Source of the DNA: Gonapodya sp. JEL0774
Lineage: Eukaryota
NCBI GenBank assembly: GCA_027604505.1
Contig: JADIIX010000021.1
Coordinates: 124,001 to 188,000, forward strand
Direction of reading: 5' to 3'
Length of the DNA: 64,000 nucleotides
The position numbers were made by a program, and so were the translations under genes. The stretch's first letter is position 1. Each line of letters opens with the position of its first letter. This document shows positions 45,310-59,851 of the stretch, in pieces. Under the pieces are notes generated by a model, which saw only the letters and a program-made list of their open reading frames with translations, searched no databases and had not been told where the DNA came from.

Positions 45310-48300
45310 TCATGAGGATTCCGTGTCCAGCAATGCCCTGGCGACGGGGAACTCTATGCAAAACTCCCGTTCACCCTTCGAACGCACCTCCTCCACATAC
45401 AAATCGAAACTTCGTCTCAGTATCGTCAGTCGTTCAGCGTCTGTGGGGTGACTGTCCAGCCAATCGGAGTATTGTTGATGTGTCCATGAAAATCGTTCGG
45501 TGGGAAGAAGAAGAGTGCCTGCGGGTGACCTCGCAAATACGTGCTGGAGAACCAAGGGCAGAGGTAGCGCGGTGATGGAATTGGTAGAGGACGAAGTTCC
45601 CTTCATAGTGCGATTTGGAGAGTGGTTCGAAGGTGAGTTGGATAGGAAGGTTTCAGGTGATGAAGCAGCAGGTTCGTGAACTTCGTGTGACTGCTGCCTC
45701 GCCGATGTAATGTCACTGAGCTCCATAAACAAGAGTGTTCTCAACGATCTGAGGGCGCGGTAATTGGCAGTCAGCTCAGGATCCTTGCCCTCTGCTAATC
45801 CGCCTTTGACGCTGGAATCCGACATCCAAGAGTTCACAACAAATTCAAATTGGGCCAACTCATTCGCGAGTCGCGACCTCCCAGCATTGCGCAGACGGAT
45901 CATTGTGGCGTGTCGCAAGAAAACTTCCACCAGTCTATTCGCAAGTGTCCGAATCCAACTTCTTGGCTCGTCACTCTCAGAAGGTAGTGTGGCTGGGGAG
46001 AGCTTCGAAAAGACTGTGGTGGTAATCCATCGAAGCTTTGTGCTGAGTTCAGATAGATAGACCGAAGTTTCACTGTTACGAGCAATTGGGGCACTTGTTG
46101 TGCTCTCAGTTGGTCCGGGGGCCGGGGAGGCACGCCCGAGTTGGGTGCCACCCCTAAAGCGAAAAACATCCAGTGATCAATTACACAAGGGCGGTAAACT
46201 TGATCATCTCTCACCTCCCATAGTCCACGGAATGCATCTTCAGAATGACCAACTCCAACTCCCGCGCCAACCCTCGCATGAGAGGCTCAACTACGCTCAT
46301 GATAACATTTCTCACTCTTCCAAGATCCGAATGCACCTTGTTGTAGAGTAGGCCGACGGGTTCCACCCTCGGCGCAACAACGGCACCACTACCTGGGACC
46401 TCGAGAGTCTGAGGAGGCTCGAACTCATCCACGAGTTTCCAGCACCCTTCTTCGAACGTCCAAAGTGCTACGACCAAGTCCAAATTATTGACGAGAGGTA
46501 CTATAGTTGCCGCCGTACCCAACGAAGCACCCGAGCCACCCGATGTAACAATTGGGACAAACACCGCGAACGGTTCATGATTGACCATTGCATCACCGCG
46601 CTTTGCAACTTCTCCAACGATGGAGGCCACAAGTAGCACAATCTTCTCGAAAAACTCGCGGTGGAAGCGAGCGATTTCCAATTCCGAATGGATTGCCCGG
46701 ACGCATTTATCCGCATCGCCAGAGGTTGGCATTTGGGCGCGAGCGGCGTTCGGGAAGGCAAACTGCACAGGTTCATAGAGACGAGCTTGAGAGCGAGAGA
46801 GGTACGCAGTTTCAAAAGGCTGAAGGATAATGTCGAAGCTGCAACAGAAGTTGTGGAGCGTTTAGTTGTGATGGACTTGGAGTATATGAGACACAGAATG
46901 CTACCTCTCAACAACATTCCTTCGTTCTGATCCAAGTCCATCTTCGATTCTCCGTACCCGGCTCCTTCCCTCCTTCACGCTATCGGCACCGTCAACCTCT
47001 GCTGCCGCCACCTTTTCAGACAACTCCTTCACCATTCTCAGCAGCTTGGGATAGTTTCTTTGAAATGTCGCTTGCACATAAGGTGATTGGGTACCGGCAG
47101 ATTTCAGAGAAGAAGCCGTCGCCAATGTAACATGATGCCAAAAGTAAGTTACGGGCGTTGGTCGCACATCATCTTTCCCTGGAGGAGCTGCTCCTGGATC
47201 TCCCCAGGTCGCACCCCACCCCCAGCCAGGCGCTCTGATAAGCTCGTCAAGGAAGGCAATCCGAGTCTCAGTGTCTCTCCTTCGAGCGAGGACCCTTTCA
47301 AGCACCAGAACGCGCTGAAATCCAGCATAAGTCGCATCAGCAGCAGCATCAAATCGAGACCACAGATGAGTTGTAAAGGCAGTAGACTGAGGAGGGGTCG
47401 TTGGGTCATAGATAGAGGTGGTGGGACCCGGGGACGAGAAGGGAGGACCAGGCACACCAGGTGTCAACGTCCGCTTCAGAGTACTCGGAGTACCTGATCC
47501 TGGTGGTGAAATACCAGCTGCTAAGGATATGGCGGGGACATCAGAAGCCGCCCGCCACGCGTCACGGACCTGTTCCACAATGATACTGAGAGTAGAATGG
47601 ATACGGCGTGGTAAAAATGTCCGATCGAGGTTGCGGTGTATTACAAGAGCAGATGAGAGGGCGGCGAGGTCACTGGAAGTTGCGGGCGGTGTGAGGTGTG
47701 GAACCGGCGCGGAGGATGTGTGTTCAAGTTCGGTTGTCCGTTTCAGCCCGAGTACTCTATCAATGATGTTATCGGCACAAGAAACAATCTCATGTCGCGA
47801 TGAGATAATGAATTCGAGCTCGGCATCAACGACTGAGATCCCCGACAAATCTGAATTGGCCCGGAGTTGCTCGATTTCTGCGATAGTCAAGGCTGCCGCA
47901 GCAAGCTCAACTTCACGAGAAGGGACTACGGAGGAAGAAGAGGAAGTGACAGTAGATGGGACACCAGATTCGAGCACCTGTGTGGGCAGCGCCGCGGCTG
48001 CCGACTTCATTTGAAGAGACAGTCTTTTGTGGAGAGAGAGGAATCGAATGACCTTACGAAGACAGTCGGCCGCGAGAAGAACATGAGAGAGTTGTGTCGT
48101 AAGACCTGAGAGGGTATTGTAAGGAACTGTCGTTTTCGCTTTCAGCCTAGAGGATCCAAGTAATTCCAAGTCCAAAATGTGAAGATTCTGATATTGCACT
48201 GGAGACAAGTCACCTGTTGACACTGCCCTGAAGAGCTGCAACAGCGTCTTTCACGGTCTTAAGCTGCGAGCTGAGATCACCGATGCCAGTCACTTGTTGG

Positions 48301-48845
48301 ATGAGGTCCGAGTGATGAAGCGATATCTGTTGAGATGAACACACCATTGTGTTTCAATCAGCGCAAGAGAAAAAATGGACTCGAAATTAATGTTTCATCC
48401 ATCATATGATAGAAATGGAAATCTTTGTGTCACTCACATTGTCGTGAATGCTTCTGGATATCACTTCGAGCTGCACTTGCAATCGAGCGATAAGAGGTGC
48501 AATATCCGGAAATGCCGCTTGCTGAAGTGATTCAAGGTCCATCGACTCTCTTTCTTCCTTCTGTCCGTCTCGGCTGTCCCACGTGATTTGCGACGCCTTT
48601 AGTTGAACATTAGTCTCTACTATGCTGTCGATTCCACTTGCACGAACGTTCCCCGATTCCGACACATCAGCGGCAGCCTTTTCCGAAGATCCATGCGACT
48701 GATGTGTCACATAGGCAGCCAGAAGTTCCGTGGCGTGAGATTCAGGATTGAACTTTGAATCTCCGAATTCCCGAAGAATGGAATTGAGCGCCACGGCGGG
48801 GGTCGTCCCGCCATGGCGGGAGGACGCACCCACGCGAAGGGACAT
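45310..48845 (-). CDS. COG5: Conserved oligomeric Golgi complex subunit 5
   Basis: N-terminal coiled coil (ISLHHSDLIQQV...RLKAKTTVPY), NYPKLLR, and C-terminal QHVFARSP...WTHQQYSDWLDSH...YVEEVRSKGEREF as in COG5. Confidence 0.85.
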
Positions 48846-49244
48846 GGCGTGGACGATGGGGCCGTTCGGTTGGGGATGGGGGGAGGAAGTATATAAATGA
48901 TGGGTGGACCACTATGATTGTGCGCCTGGGATCACTAACAACAATAATCACTTCGATTCACGAAAATACAATCAATAACGTCAGATAACAGCAGTGGAAA
49001 AAGCCTGCCAGCAGTTGCCCAATGATTTTATGCCACTGGAGTGGGCCTCATTCACGTATGTATACGAATAAAGAGCACCGAGTTTGCGTGAGCGTGCGCT
49101 CATGTCATGCTATAGTCTCACCAAAAAGTGAATGCGAATCCTTTTTGAATGCGTCCCAAATTATATTTTGGGGCGGCAGGACCACACGCGCAAGGCCGAA
49201 ACTCCACCGTACAAGTTGTACAGAAAACGTCCAAGTGAACCCAA

Positions 49245-50750
49245 ATGGCCATCTCCGAAGTTCTCATCCAGCGCATCGCTGCGATCGAGAATGCTCTCGC
49301 GCCAATCGTGGACCCGATCGAGACAGTGGCCGGGAAAATCCTGTCTTCTGTCGCAGACACCGAGCGAATGAGAAAATGGATGGCCGCGAACGCGAGCAAA
49401 CACACAGCACGCTTGCCTCTTATGAACCCTGTGAGTTTTATAGACCCATTCGACGGCTGGCCCCATTTATCAGGCATGTGGTGTCAATCGTTCTCCTGTG
49501 AATGTTGTGAAACAACCAAACCCAATCACCACTTGGTGTCCGGCACCTGATGATTCATGCTCTAGAAGGGCTGCTATCTCTTATGCAGTGTATCAGTGAA
49601 CTAATCATTTTGATGTGACATCGCTCTGACTCCTATATTGGGTTCTTCACCTCTCCAAGTTCCACGTCATCCTCATCATCTCAACGTACCTGGTGATCGT
49701 GGTCGCCGGAAAACGCGCCGCAGCGAATCCCGCTATCCCCAAACTCGAGGTCAAGCAGTTTGCTCTCGTCCACAACTTGCTCATGGTGGCGCTCTCCGCG
49801 TACATGTGCATTTCCGTTCTCGCCGCCGCCTTCTTGAGCAAGGACTCGATTGGCTACCGCTACTCTCTATGGGCAAACCCTGCGGACGAGACGGAGACGG
49901 GATGGGTAATGGCAAGGAGTATTTGGGTGTTGGTTTCAATGATCATTGAATTTCGTCTTGAATTTGAACTGACTTCAGTTTGCCTGCTACAGATTTTACT
50001 TCTCCAAAATTCTTGAATTCAATGACACTGTGAGTCTTGCGATCCTTTCTTCACCTGTCTTCGTATCCGGCTCATCAGTTTTCAACTCACGCAACTCCGA
50101 TCGCCACCTCAAGTTTATCATGCTGGCAAAGAAAAACTTTCGCCAAGTCTCTTTCCTCCACGTTTACCACCACAGCTCGATTTTTTCTGTGTGGTGGCTC
50201 GTCACTTTCATGGCACCGACTGGTGAAGGTTTGTGTAATGGTCCCATTACCTTGATGTTTTTGCCCACAATGGTGACAATTAAGTTTGTTCTTCGCATTA
50301 GCGTACTTTTCTGCGGCCCTCAACAGCTTTATTCACGTTGTGATGTACGGATATTACTTCTGCTCCGCAATCGGTATCAAGCAGGTTTCTTTCATCAAGA
50401 AGTACATCACCATGATGCAGATGACCCAATTTTGCATGATGATGTGTCAGGTTTGTCCAGAAATCTGATCTACCATTCGTTATCCCGATTCCTCACAGCG
50501 ATCAACACTTCAGGCCACTTATGATATTGTCCACGCCATTTTCATCGCCCCGGGGCTTCCATCTCCCCAACCGCCGTTCACAGCGACTACGTACCCACTT
50601 CTCCTCTCTGTGATTCTCTTCTTCTACATGATTTCAATGCTCGCATTGTTTTATAACTTCTACCAGGCGGATCGTAGGAGGGAGAGGGAAGCAAAGAAAG
50701 CAAGTAGCAAGGTTGCGAATGGCGTTGCAACTGGGAAGAAGGAGGAGTAA
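49245..50750 (+). CDS. ELO-family fatty acid elongase, PUFA (delta-6 elongase-like) type
   Basis: LPLMNP|FHV, VHNLLMVALSAYM, FYFSKILEFNDT, QVSFLHVYHH, LNSFIHVVMYGYY, ITMMQMTQF, and a basic C-terminus GKKEE. Confidence 0.9.
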
Positions 50751-50813
50751 TTAGAATTCATGTGATGTGATCGTGTCATAAGGATCGTGCTCCACATGAT
50801 ATAATTGTTTCCG

Positions 50814-53800
50814 ATGTACTTCGCAGTGGGATCAGCCACGGAAGTACAGCTCGATGTCCGACTTTCTCCTACTCGCCCGCGACGACAGTTTGAGGGCCGA
50901 AGCTCGATTCGTCGTCGTGAATCGTTTTTGAAGATCCCAAGCTCGACAGCCGACCTTTCCTCAACACATGAGACTGATGAAAAGCCTGTTGCGCCGCCAA
51001 TTCCCTTGAGAGCTCCTCCCGCTGAGCCCCAAAGTCCTCCGACGCAATCGCAAAGCGCAACAGGTCCCCCACGTATCCCACTTCTGGACACTCGTCGGTT
51101 GGAGACGGAGGAGCAGCAATTTCTTGTTCGACGGAGCCCGAGCGGCGCACATTTTTTAATTATATCGGATTGTGAAGTTCAGGTGTGGAAAGCGTCGGTG
51201 AGTTTGGTTTCGCTTGCCTGTATGAAGGTGTGATATCCGAATGTTCAATTCGTGGCGAATCTCTTCACAACTTAAAAAACACATGTTGATGTCGATCTGT
51301 ACCTTTTGTACCGTTGCTTCCTTGGGCTCCAGCCTCTGGTGCTGGTGGGCTCTGTTCAGCGAGACTCGCAATCTCTGGAAACATTCGGTACAAACGTAGA
51401 CGCAGTGTGGCGACCTCCCCGTCAACAACCCCATTTCCATCCGCAAGAGACACAGAACTCGCGGACCTCTGACTCTTCGGCTCCATCACTCGAAAATGAA
51501 GACGAGGATCGAACCCCCGATGTTGGAAAGGACTCTTCAGACGATGCAGTGAGAGCCCCAGCCAGCAAATCTATTGGAAGCTCATTTTGGAGCTGGGTTT
51601 GGGGCACCAGTGAGGGAGATGATGGCGTGCAGGGTGAAAAGGGCTCCAAACCGCTTGCCGCTCGTACTGGAGGTGACGATCAAGCACCTGAGGATTGGTC
51701 CTCTGAGTTTTTGGCGGAGGAATGGGAGGACTCGGAGTTTGTGGAACAGTTTGCTGTCCTTGTGGGTGGTTCCTAACTGGCGTTCTCAGAGACTATTACT
51801 AGAAGGACAACTTCTCACAGACATCCACTCATCGTCACCTACTCTTCTTTACTCTGGAACATTCGGCCCCAGACTTACCGATAGCAAGTTTGAAGTCCGG
51901 ACATTTGCCCAATCGAGAAGTTTTGAGCGAACGCGCCCTTGAATTTACCCTCGGGTTCAGCGACAGAAAATCGGACGCTCGAGCGGCCGGCCCTCATGGT
52001 GCCGGCGAAGGGCTCGGTGTTCTCAACTCTGCAATATTTATTTCTGGATGGTGGGAGCTTCCAGACTTGATTTCGGTTGAAGATGTGGCAGCTCCGAAGG
52101 AGAAGGGGTCGTGTCCAGAGCAACATTCTCGGTTGTCGGCTTCGCAAATAACCGCCATTTCATCGACAGCTGGTGACATTGTAATTGCTACTTCGTCGGT
52201 CCGATTGGCGGTAAACCCAGTTCCCTGCAGTGGCGCTACAACCGTGCGGAGCTCTTATCTTCACCGTCTTTTGTGGCCGAACCCGTTCCAGGGGCAACTA
52301 GGCAGGGAAGAGAACAGAATGCCCACGTTTTTCGAGCTTCCGTTCTCGCGACCACTGCTGGATATAGCTACTTTGAACCTGACTGCTCCTGTGATATCCA
52401 AAACCTCTAATTCGGAACAACCCCACATCGAAGTCACGCACATCAGCCCACTGCTTCTGCCATCGCATTTGAGCTATGTCTCCACATCTTTTGCCTACGT
52501 TCTGGGTCTTTCGACGATGGAGGCGATAATAGCCCTTCCACCGCCGAATGTCATTCGCGGCAGTGATAGGCGAATCACTCGGACAGATGAAAGGAGCCAC
52601 TGGTTGTTTTGGAGACTCGCACACGGAGCTACTTTTGAGGAGCACGAGCACATTTCCGCGATTGAAGTTAATGAAGTGTTTGGAGTTGTTGCCGTTGGAA
52701 GGGACAGGTGCGTTTCTGGCTTGCACTGCTTTGGTGGCTTGCACTTACATGACCTCCAACTTCCGCAGTGGTCTTGTTACCACCTATCAAGTACCACGGC
52801 AACTTCCGGCTTATGTATTTCAGGCGGACACATTTCATCGAGAACTTGGTGCCAATGGTGTTCTTATTCCACTCGCCACATATCGACCAGTCTCCACCAA
52901 ATTATCTCCCACTACCCCACATGCTGGAGGACTGCTGCATCCCTTGAATTCGGTCACTCTTGCCTTTACAGGAGACGGATGTGCTTTGGCAATTGGGTGG
53001 GAGAGAAGTGGAATTCAAGTTGTTAGCGTTTTTGGAAAAGATCGGAATAGTGGAAGTGTTCAAATGGGGGACGAGTATTTTGATAAAAGATCCTCCTCAG
53101 AGACGTACATGAAGGGAGTCATGGACTTGGTAGGTGACAAGTCCCGTTGTGAGGACAACTCGATCGTAAACGTAGTCGCCGGTTAGTTCTGGGACGCTTC
53201 CTCTACAACGCTGTTTGCAGTGCCTTCAATCAACACTCTGCCCACCTCCAACACTTATGTTCAACGGTGGCCACTGTGTGGAGTTCCATTCGCGAAGTTA
53301 GCTGCGACCAATCCGCCAAATATGGAATCCACGGCAAGTGCAAATACACACGCAAAATACTTAGTACTCAGTGGACGGAGCTATATTTTACTCGGAACGA
53401 CTGGATTGGAGGTCGATGTTTCCAAGTTAGCGAAGTCGCGGAATCGTCGCGGTTCCCAATCCAACCGGCTCCGCCTCGATAACACATTTCAACAAATCGA
53501 CATCCCATTAGCTTATAGCACCTTCTGTCTGCCAATTTCGGTGGTAGCCGTTTGTCCATTTCCGGTTGGATCTCATGTTGCTGTTGCGGGAACCTACGGA
53601 TTAGCAATCTACAATATCGAACAACGAAAGTGGAGGCTATTTGTTAAGGAGAAGCACGAAAAAAGCTTCAAAGTGGAAGGGGGTCTGGCATGGCTCTGCA
53701 TTCGACCATTGAAGGTGGATAGAACCCTTGGTGGTCAGAGCGGGACTGTTGGATCTGCTGTTCTGATTGCGGGTTGTTTCGATTTTGAAACGAACACGTA

Positions 53801-56800
53801 CTCTGTGAGATTGTCATTCGATGCTTCCGGTTTGCAGTTTTTTTTTTTTTTTTTGAATTACAACTTATTTAGCTCAGGTTCTTTAACCCGGATGCCAATT
53901 TGGACTTGACTGCATGTTTGCACACGGAACAGCTGTTGAGCCGAGTAGTGGCGATGCACGCCCGCAACCACAGTGTGCTTGTCCTTACAGCGGACGGTGT
54001 TCTTCGACACTACCTCATATTGGTTTCGCACGGAGGCCAGTCGAAGGATGGCGGGCTAGTCGGAAAAGGTGGGTTCATGTTGCCTCATTATGATTGAATG
54101 TCTGATCAATATCAGAATTCTATTTGTGTCGCTTTCGCTTCTTTCTCTGTGTCTAGCGCTCTCAATTCACGTTCAGATATTTTCCGAAACATCTATCCTT
54201 CCCATCATCGCATGGCCAGAAAGAGTCCGCGCGATTTGCTGGTATCCCGTGTCTTTTGGTGAGTATGAAATGAAGATCGCAGTGTTGATCTTAAGATCCA
54301 TGTTAACATGCAAATCGCGGCATGTAGAGAGTAGATTGTCCGCATCAACCCTTGACAGAAGCCCTTTGCTCATCCTCGACGGGTCTCAGTTAATTTATCT
54401 GGCTCCGCAACAGGCGGTAAGACACCACTTTATCGTATCTGGAATTTTGCTTCACCATTCGATGGACAGGAACCCGGCAGACCACATGAAAGACAGATAA
54501 CCGCCACCTTACTTTCGAACTTCGTGGAGACGTTCCTCGTGTGCCCTTATCAAGACAGCGTAGGAGAGCTTCTGAACAGCTTGTGGGTCGTATGTGGCGG
54601 TACTAGACTCAAGGTGTGGACGAATTTGGGGGTGCATAACGAACCTCACGCCGAGGCGATACCTTCCTTAAAGGGTAATTAAACCACCTCGACTGAGCTG
54701 GGATGTTTATTGCTAACCCCGATTTCGCGAATGATAGATATTAATACAGGTGACAGAGAGAGCCAGTTGTTGTGGGAAGATAGAGCGGAGGTGCCACCCA
54801 GATGGCGCCAAGAGCTTTTGGGACACATAAGTCAGGAGTCATTTGTTATTCAAGCTCACGGGTATCCGATTGGTGAGTGGTATGTTCCCTTGACCACGCA
54901 TTCCGATGTGGTGCAATAACTCTTTTCAAGGTCTCAACATCCAAAGTGGGCTGGTATTGGGAGTGTCTCAGCATGCATTTTTTCGAAAGCAGCTTGGGCG
55001 GACGTCGTTTCGTGTGGAAGCCAGCGTCCGTATCCAGCGATCTTCAGATAACTCCGTAAATCCACCTCGTTCAATGGAATTTACTTTTGCAGTCTTCGCT
55101 TTTCCTCCCCTCTGTACTTCGTTTTCTCCTCTCGAACTTGTAAGACAAAGCGATTTACTCCAAAGCCCGCACTGTCTCAGTTTTCATGATTAGCTTGCAG
55201 GACGAAGCGATTTGGTTTGCGCACGAGTTTAAAAGCCTGCCATACTTTGTACATGCTCTGGAGTTGCTCTTGCATGAAGTGCTTGAAACAGAAGCTCCTA
55301 GCTTTCCTCCCGCACCGAAAGGTGAGATTTGATTGTCCAAACGCAACAGTGGTCAAAACACTGAGCGAAGCCCCAGCTGCGCTATTACCGCACGTTGTAC
55401 TCTTCCTGGAATCCTTCGACGAAAGTTTAGACGTTATTGGGCAATGCGCACGAAAGTCCGAGTACACGTACTGGAGCTATTTGTTCTCTATTACTGGGGA
55501 TGCCAAAGAACTGTTCCAAGTGAGTAATGAGTCTTTGGAGTATGAACCAGTAGGCCGAACAAACAGTTGATGTTCATGAGTCAGAAATGTGTGACACGGG
55601 GGAAACTTCTAACTGCGATAACGTTTTTGATCATCATCCAAACAATGGAGTCCGCCGCAGTTAGCTCCAAGGTTAGTTAGATGCAACAGAATTTACTTCC
55701 TGGGCCGCCGATCGAAGTGAACTTACCTGCGCCTTTTAGTTGGCGCTTGCACTGTTGGAGAAAGCACTCCAAGTCAATGATTTTAATGTGAGTTATGTGA
55801 AGGCCTACATAGATATGTATATACACCATTTTCACATTTCGCGAACAGCTTTGCAGCGAGCTAGTCCGCTTCCTTGCATCCATATGTGAGCGTAGACTTT
55901 GTATGAAACTCTTATTCACCTATTCACATCACACGATGACTTGACCAGCGCACGCCAACCGTGATCCCCAAATGGAATGGTTCGATTCCAGTCCCACAGA
56001 CGGTGCTGTCCCTCACGAATCTAAAACTCTACCAGATGGAACTGACATGGTGGGGTTCGCTCAATCCTGAATAGGGAGCACCGTTGCACAACTAATTGTG
56101 TGACGTTCTTTCATCATGCAGTTCTACATCGAAATTCTGGTTAATCAACATGCCCGTCGCATGCTCAATGCGATGCAACTTCGTCTTCTAGGGAAGATGG
56201 CCAGACTTTTGCGATTCCCGTTGGCGACTTGGCTGGAACGGGAACGGTTAGTCTCAGCTAACGGTGTTGTTTCGGAGTTTTGGAGTGAATTCTTCTGACA
56301 CTGACAGTTCGCATCCTGCTCAGGAAATTGCGAGCTCTTGAAATTCCCTCCTGGCCCGCAGCACTTCTCGCTCTACACGTACAGTTCGACCTGCCACCCC
56401 CTCCGTTGAACTGGCAACGAGCCCACCCTCCGAGTCCAACAATCAGTCCGCAGTCTACAACTAGAGCGTTTGCCTTTGATTTCACTATCGCTGCGCACGG
56501 CACGGAGAGTGAGTCAGCGAGTCCGTCCAGTCATGTATCCTGGCTGAAGCAAGGTGAAGGAGGCACTCAGGAGATGGGACAACCCGCATCGCTGATGAAA
56601 AGGAGAAACTCTAGAGGAGGCAAAAGCAGTGTAGACCATGAGCTGAGGTAGGTTTTCGGTACCGGAAGAAGTCACGACGTCTGTTCCGCCGCTCATTCAC
56701 GTCCGCAGATTCCTTCAATCCACATTCCGGCGCGCCTCTCTCGGAGGCCACCTCCTCATTCTCTCCACTCTCCTTCTTGATGTTCGGTCCTGTGTGGAGA

Positions 56801-56973
56801 TCCTTTCTGACCCTTCGAACCCTTCTCAGGCTAAGCTTGTGGCCCAGTGGCTCGAAATGGTCGGAGAGGCATCTCACGACAGCGTTCCAGAGGGCAGGAA
56901 GGGTAACGGCTACATAGAATTCGGCGAAGCAGTTGTCGGACTACTAAGATTGGGTGGTGTGCCCGGGCTGTGA
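50814..56973 (+). CDS. RIC1: RIC1 (Rab6/Ypt6 GEF subunit)
   Basis: Starts MYFAVG. Beta-propeller-like region VAVAGTYGLAIYNIEQRKWRLF. RIC1 domain LPYFVHALELLLHEVLE...IGQCARKSEYTYWSYLFSITGDAKELFQ...LCSELVRFL. Confidence 0.88.
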
Positions 56974-57534
56974 GCATTGTGAATGTACAAATCTTGGACA
57001 GTGGATACCCCAGCAGCAAAAATAAATTGGACGACCTCAAAGAGGCGGTAGCTCAAGCATGCTGATAACTCCCATCATTTTACACAAAGAACCTACGAGA
57101 ACGAGTAGGGCACTCCAAGTAAAGGGTAGGTACAAGATACAGGAATCGTATGCATGATACAGACGCTGATTGTGACACATACTGAGAACAGACAGACAAA
57201 CGAACGCCCCGAGGGAGAAAGGAGAAGGTGACTGTCCGTAGAAGCGGGATGCGGGTCGGAAAGCGAAAGAATGGAGTGTTTGCCAATGAACCGAGAGCAA
57301 GTCCGCGCATCTCAGTCTCCACTTCTAGTCCCCCTCGCTCCCATGCCGCCTCCAGCCCCATCGCTCGTACACCGTGCTCCCACCTCCCTTCACCGCTCGC
57401 CATTCACACGCAATCACGCACGCATCCCGTTCCGCTTGCCCTGATCCCTTGCCAAAGCTCCTTTCTCGCCCGTCGTCTTCATCGCTCGCTCGGTCTTCCA
57501 TCCTTCTCCCAAACTCTCTGATATTTGATCGATT

Positions 57535-58811
57535 CTAGAACCCGTGCACCTGCACCTGATCCTTGGTGGCGATACCCTCCGTGAGAAGGAAAGTCGACAC
57601 CTTGACGCGCTGATCGCCTTGAAGCTGGATAACCTCGCCGTGCTCTTCGTCGTCAATGATACTGCCGTTGCAGGCAAAGTCCTGACGAAATGGACAAGGT
57701 GTTATGGTTACTTGAAGTCATACACGGTATCCCCATATGTTCGCGAGGAAACAGAGACTCCGTTTTCCATCCAACTGTCATCTATGAATTCAACCGTACT
57801 TTTCTCAAAGCGTCCCCATTCCATCAGCAAACTGCAAGCGCTCCTCAAAACGACAGAACACTCATGGTTTGAAGAGGTTCACCCAGCCTTTCCATCCTCT
57901 CCCTCCACTCACCTTCTTGAAAGCTTTGAGTAGTTTCTTTTGGTCCAACTCTGCAGGCAAGCCTGCGACAGTGGTGAGCGTCTTGCGACCGTTACGTTGT
58001 TGAATACGGATGTCTGCGAGTGGTGCCATAATCATGAATATTGTGATCGTAAAAGTCAAACACAAAGCACCGTGACAAAAGGCGAAATACGGTCGCAGAG
58101 GATGAACTCTAGGAAAGCACATCCTTGTGTTCCCTCATTCCATCCACGAGAGAGACACTGGGGCGTCCTGTCACTCATTCTTATATGACTGACCGTGCTC
58201 CCTATGTTCCACTGGTTTATTCCTGCTGATTTCCGACTTCTGTTATAATTAGGACTGTTTGGTTCGAGCTTTGTGGGTGGTGCTCCTGACACTTCGAAGT
58301 GGGGCGTTACGTGTGGTGTGATGGAATCGCAATGTGGCCCGCTGTTTCTCCGAACCATCACACCGAGCTATTCAACGTACTCCCATTTGGTTGGCGGTAT
58401 CGAGCATATCCTCTCGTTTGGCCGTTGGTAGTAATTCGCGGTTTGTCTCCAACTCCTTCCCTCTTCCGCACCTTAACCCCGCCACAATACTCACGTATTT
58501 TTCCCGAAACTTTTAAGTCTACCACGAGAGTCGCCGGCGCCCGACGGAATTTCGACCGACACGATAACCCAGGCGGTTCCCGATCGTAGGAAACAAAGTC
58601 CGAGAGCATTACGAAACTGTCAGTAGAGACTCCAAGGAACACGAAGAGCACATCGGCAATAAAACTCATCGCCCATCCAGTCCTTGGTCCTTCTCTTTTC
58701 TCATGATCCTCCTTCCACAACACCAACTTGTCCCGTTGTCGCCTCAGACACACCTTCGGGTTCGCCGACGTCTGCAAAAGGGTCATAGGATTTGAGGTTC
58801 TCAATTGACAT
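57535..58811 (-). CDS. SUI1: Translation initiation factor eIF1
   Basis: MSIENLKSYDPFAD..., micro-exon at ~58495-58518, HIRIQQRNGRKTLTTVAGL...KKLLKAFKK|DFACNG...GEVIQLQGDQR...VHGF*. Confidence 0.96.
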
Positions 58812-59851
58812 GCAACGGCGGTGGCGGTGGAGTTGAAAGCGAGGGGAGGAAGGAAAAGTGGGGGTTGGGGAAGTGTGATGGAATAAGAACTGGCGAGTGT
58901 GTGCCTGGTTGTACGCCACTTGCTCGTTCCATCGTTCAAATTGAGCGCATTCGGCGCATATTTTTAATCTAGAGGAGAAGTGCATAACGGTAATGAGATA
59001 AGTGCTCCCATAAATTTTTCTCTTTGATACGAGATCTGATCAATAGTCGCTTTTGGCTCCACTGCCATCTGGTTTAGTGGAGCTGTGCAACTGCTCTGCA
59101 AACTTGTCTTTCGATTCTGGACTTCTGGTGAGGTGGAAAAAGAGGCGGCGGAGAGTCTGAGAGCTTCCAGATATGTACGCTGACAAGAAGAACGAGACGC
59201 GCGCAGAGCATTTTGAGAACATAATAAATGAACATCTCTTATGCTCTATGTAAGTATTCACAAAAGTTGTCCCCGTTGCGCGGGGCGAACTTCAAAAGGT
59301 CACCTTGCGCCTTCCTGTCCTTCCTTCCTGACGCCTTCCTTTCCCGTCATGGCACGGCCCCCAGTTCTCGACTCGGCCTGTTTGCAGAAATTTTCTGATT
59401 CCCCTCCCCAAACTGGACTGAGCTCCCAGTATACTTGTTGGGTTCTCGCTGTGTGCCCTGCTGTGGCGGTGCCATGGGTGGACTATGTTTAACACCCTCC
59501 GCTCCCCTCACCCTTACCCTTGCTTGCCCAACGTCACTGGCTATCTTTTGGTGAATCAATGTCGCAACGTTGCAACAGTCGTGTTGCGATAATTGCCTAC
59601 CTGGGTATGAGGACAACGGTTGCGTTTGCAAACGAAGTCCACAAAGGAAAACAAAGGAGGAGAAGCAGGTCCAGAGCCTTCATCCACAGGTCTGCAAAAA
59701 GAATGCGTCGGACAAAGATATCTGCCGTGATACATGATCAACAGTGGGGGGTACATAGAGCAACTGGAGGAACAAGGAACTATCTATCGTCAATCGCATA
59801 ATTTACTGTATACTGTAAATCTGCAGTTGTTGTTCTTAATGAAAAGAAACG

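Noticed and set aside
48140..48330. Apparent frameshift in COG5
   Set aside because: Resolved by a short GT-AG intron (VNR|LKAK).
43237..56973. Golgi-trafficking cluster (MCFD2, COG5, RIC1) and lipid pair (hydroxylase, elongase)
   Set aside because: These are housekeeping genes in mixed orientation, with no evidence of co-regulation beyond chance adjacency.
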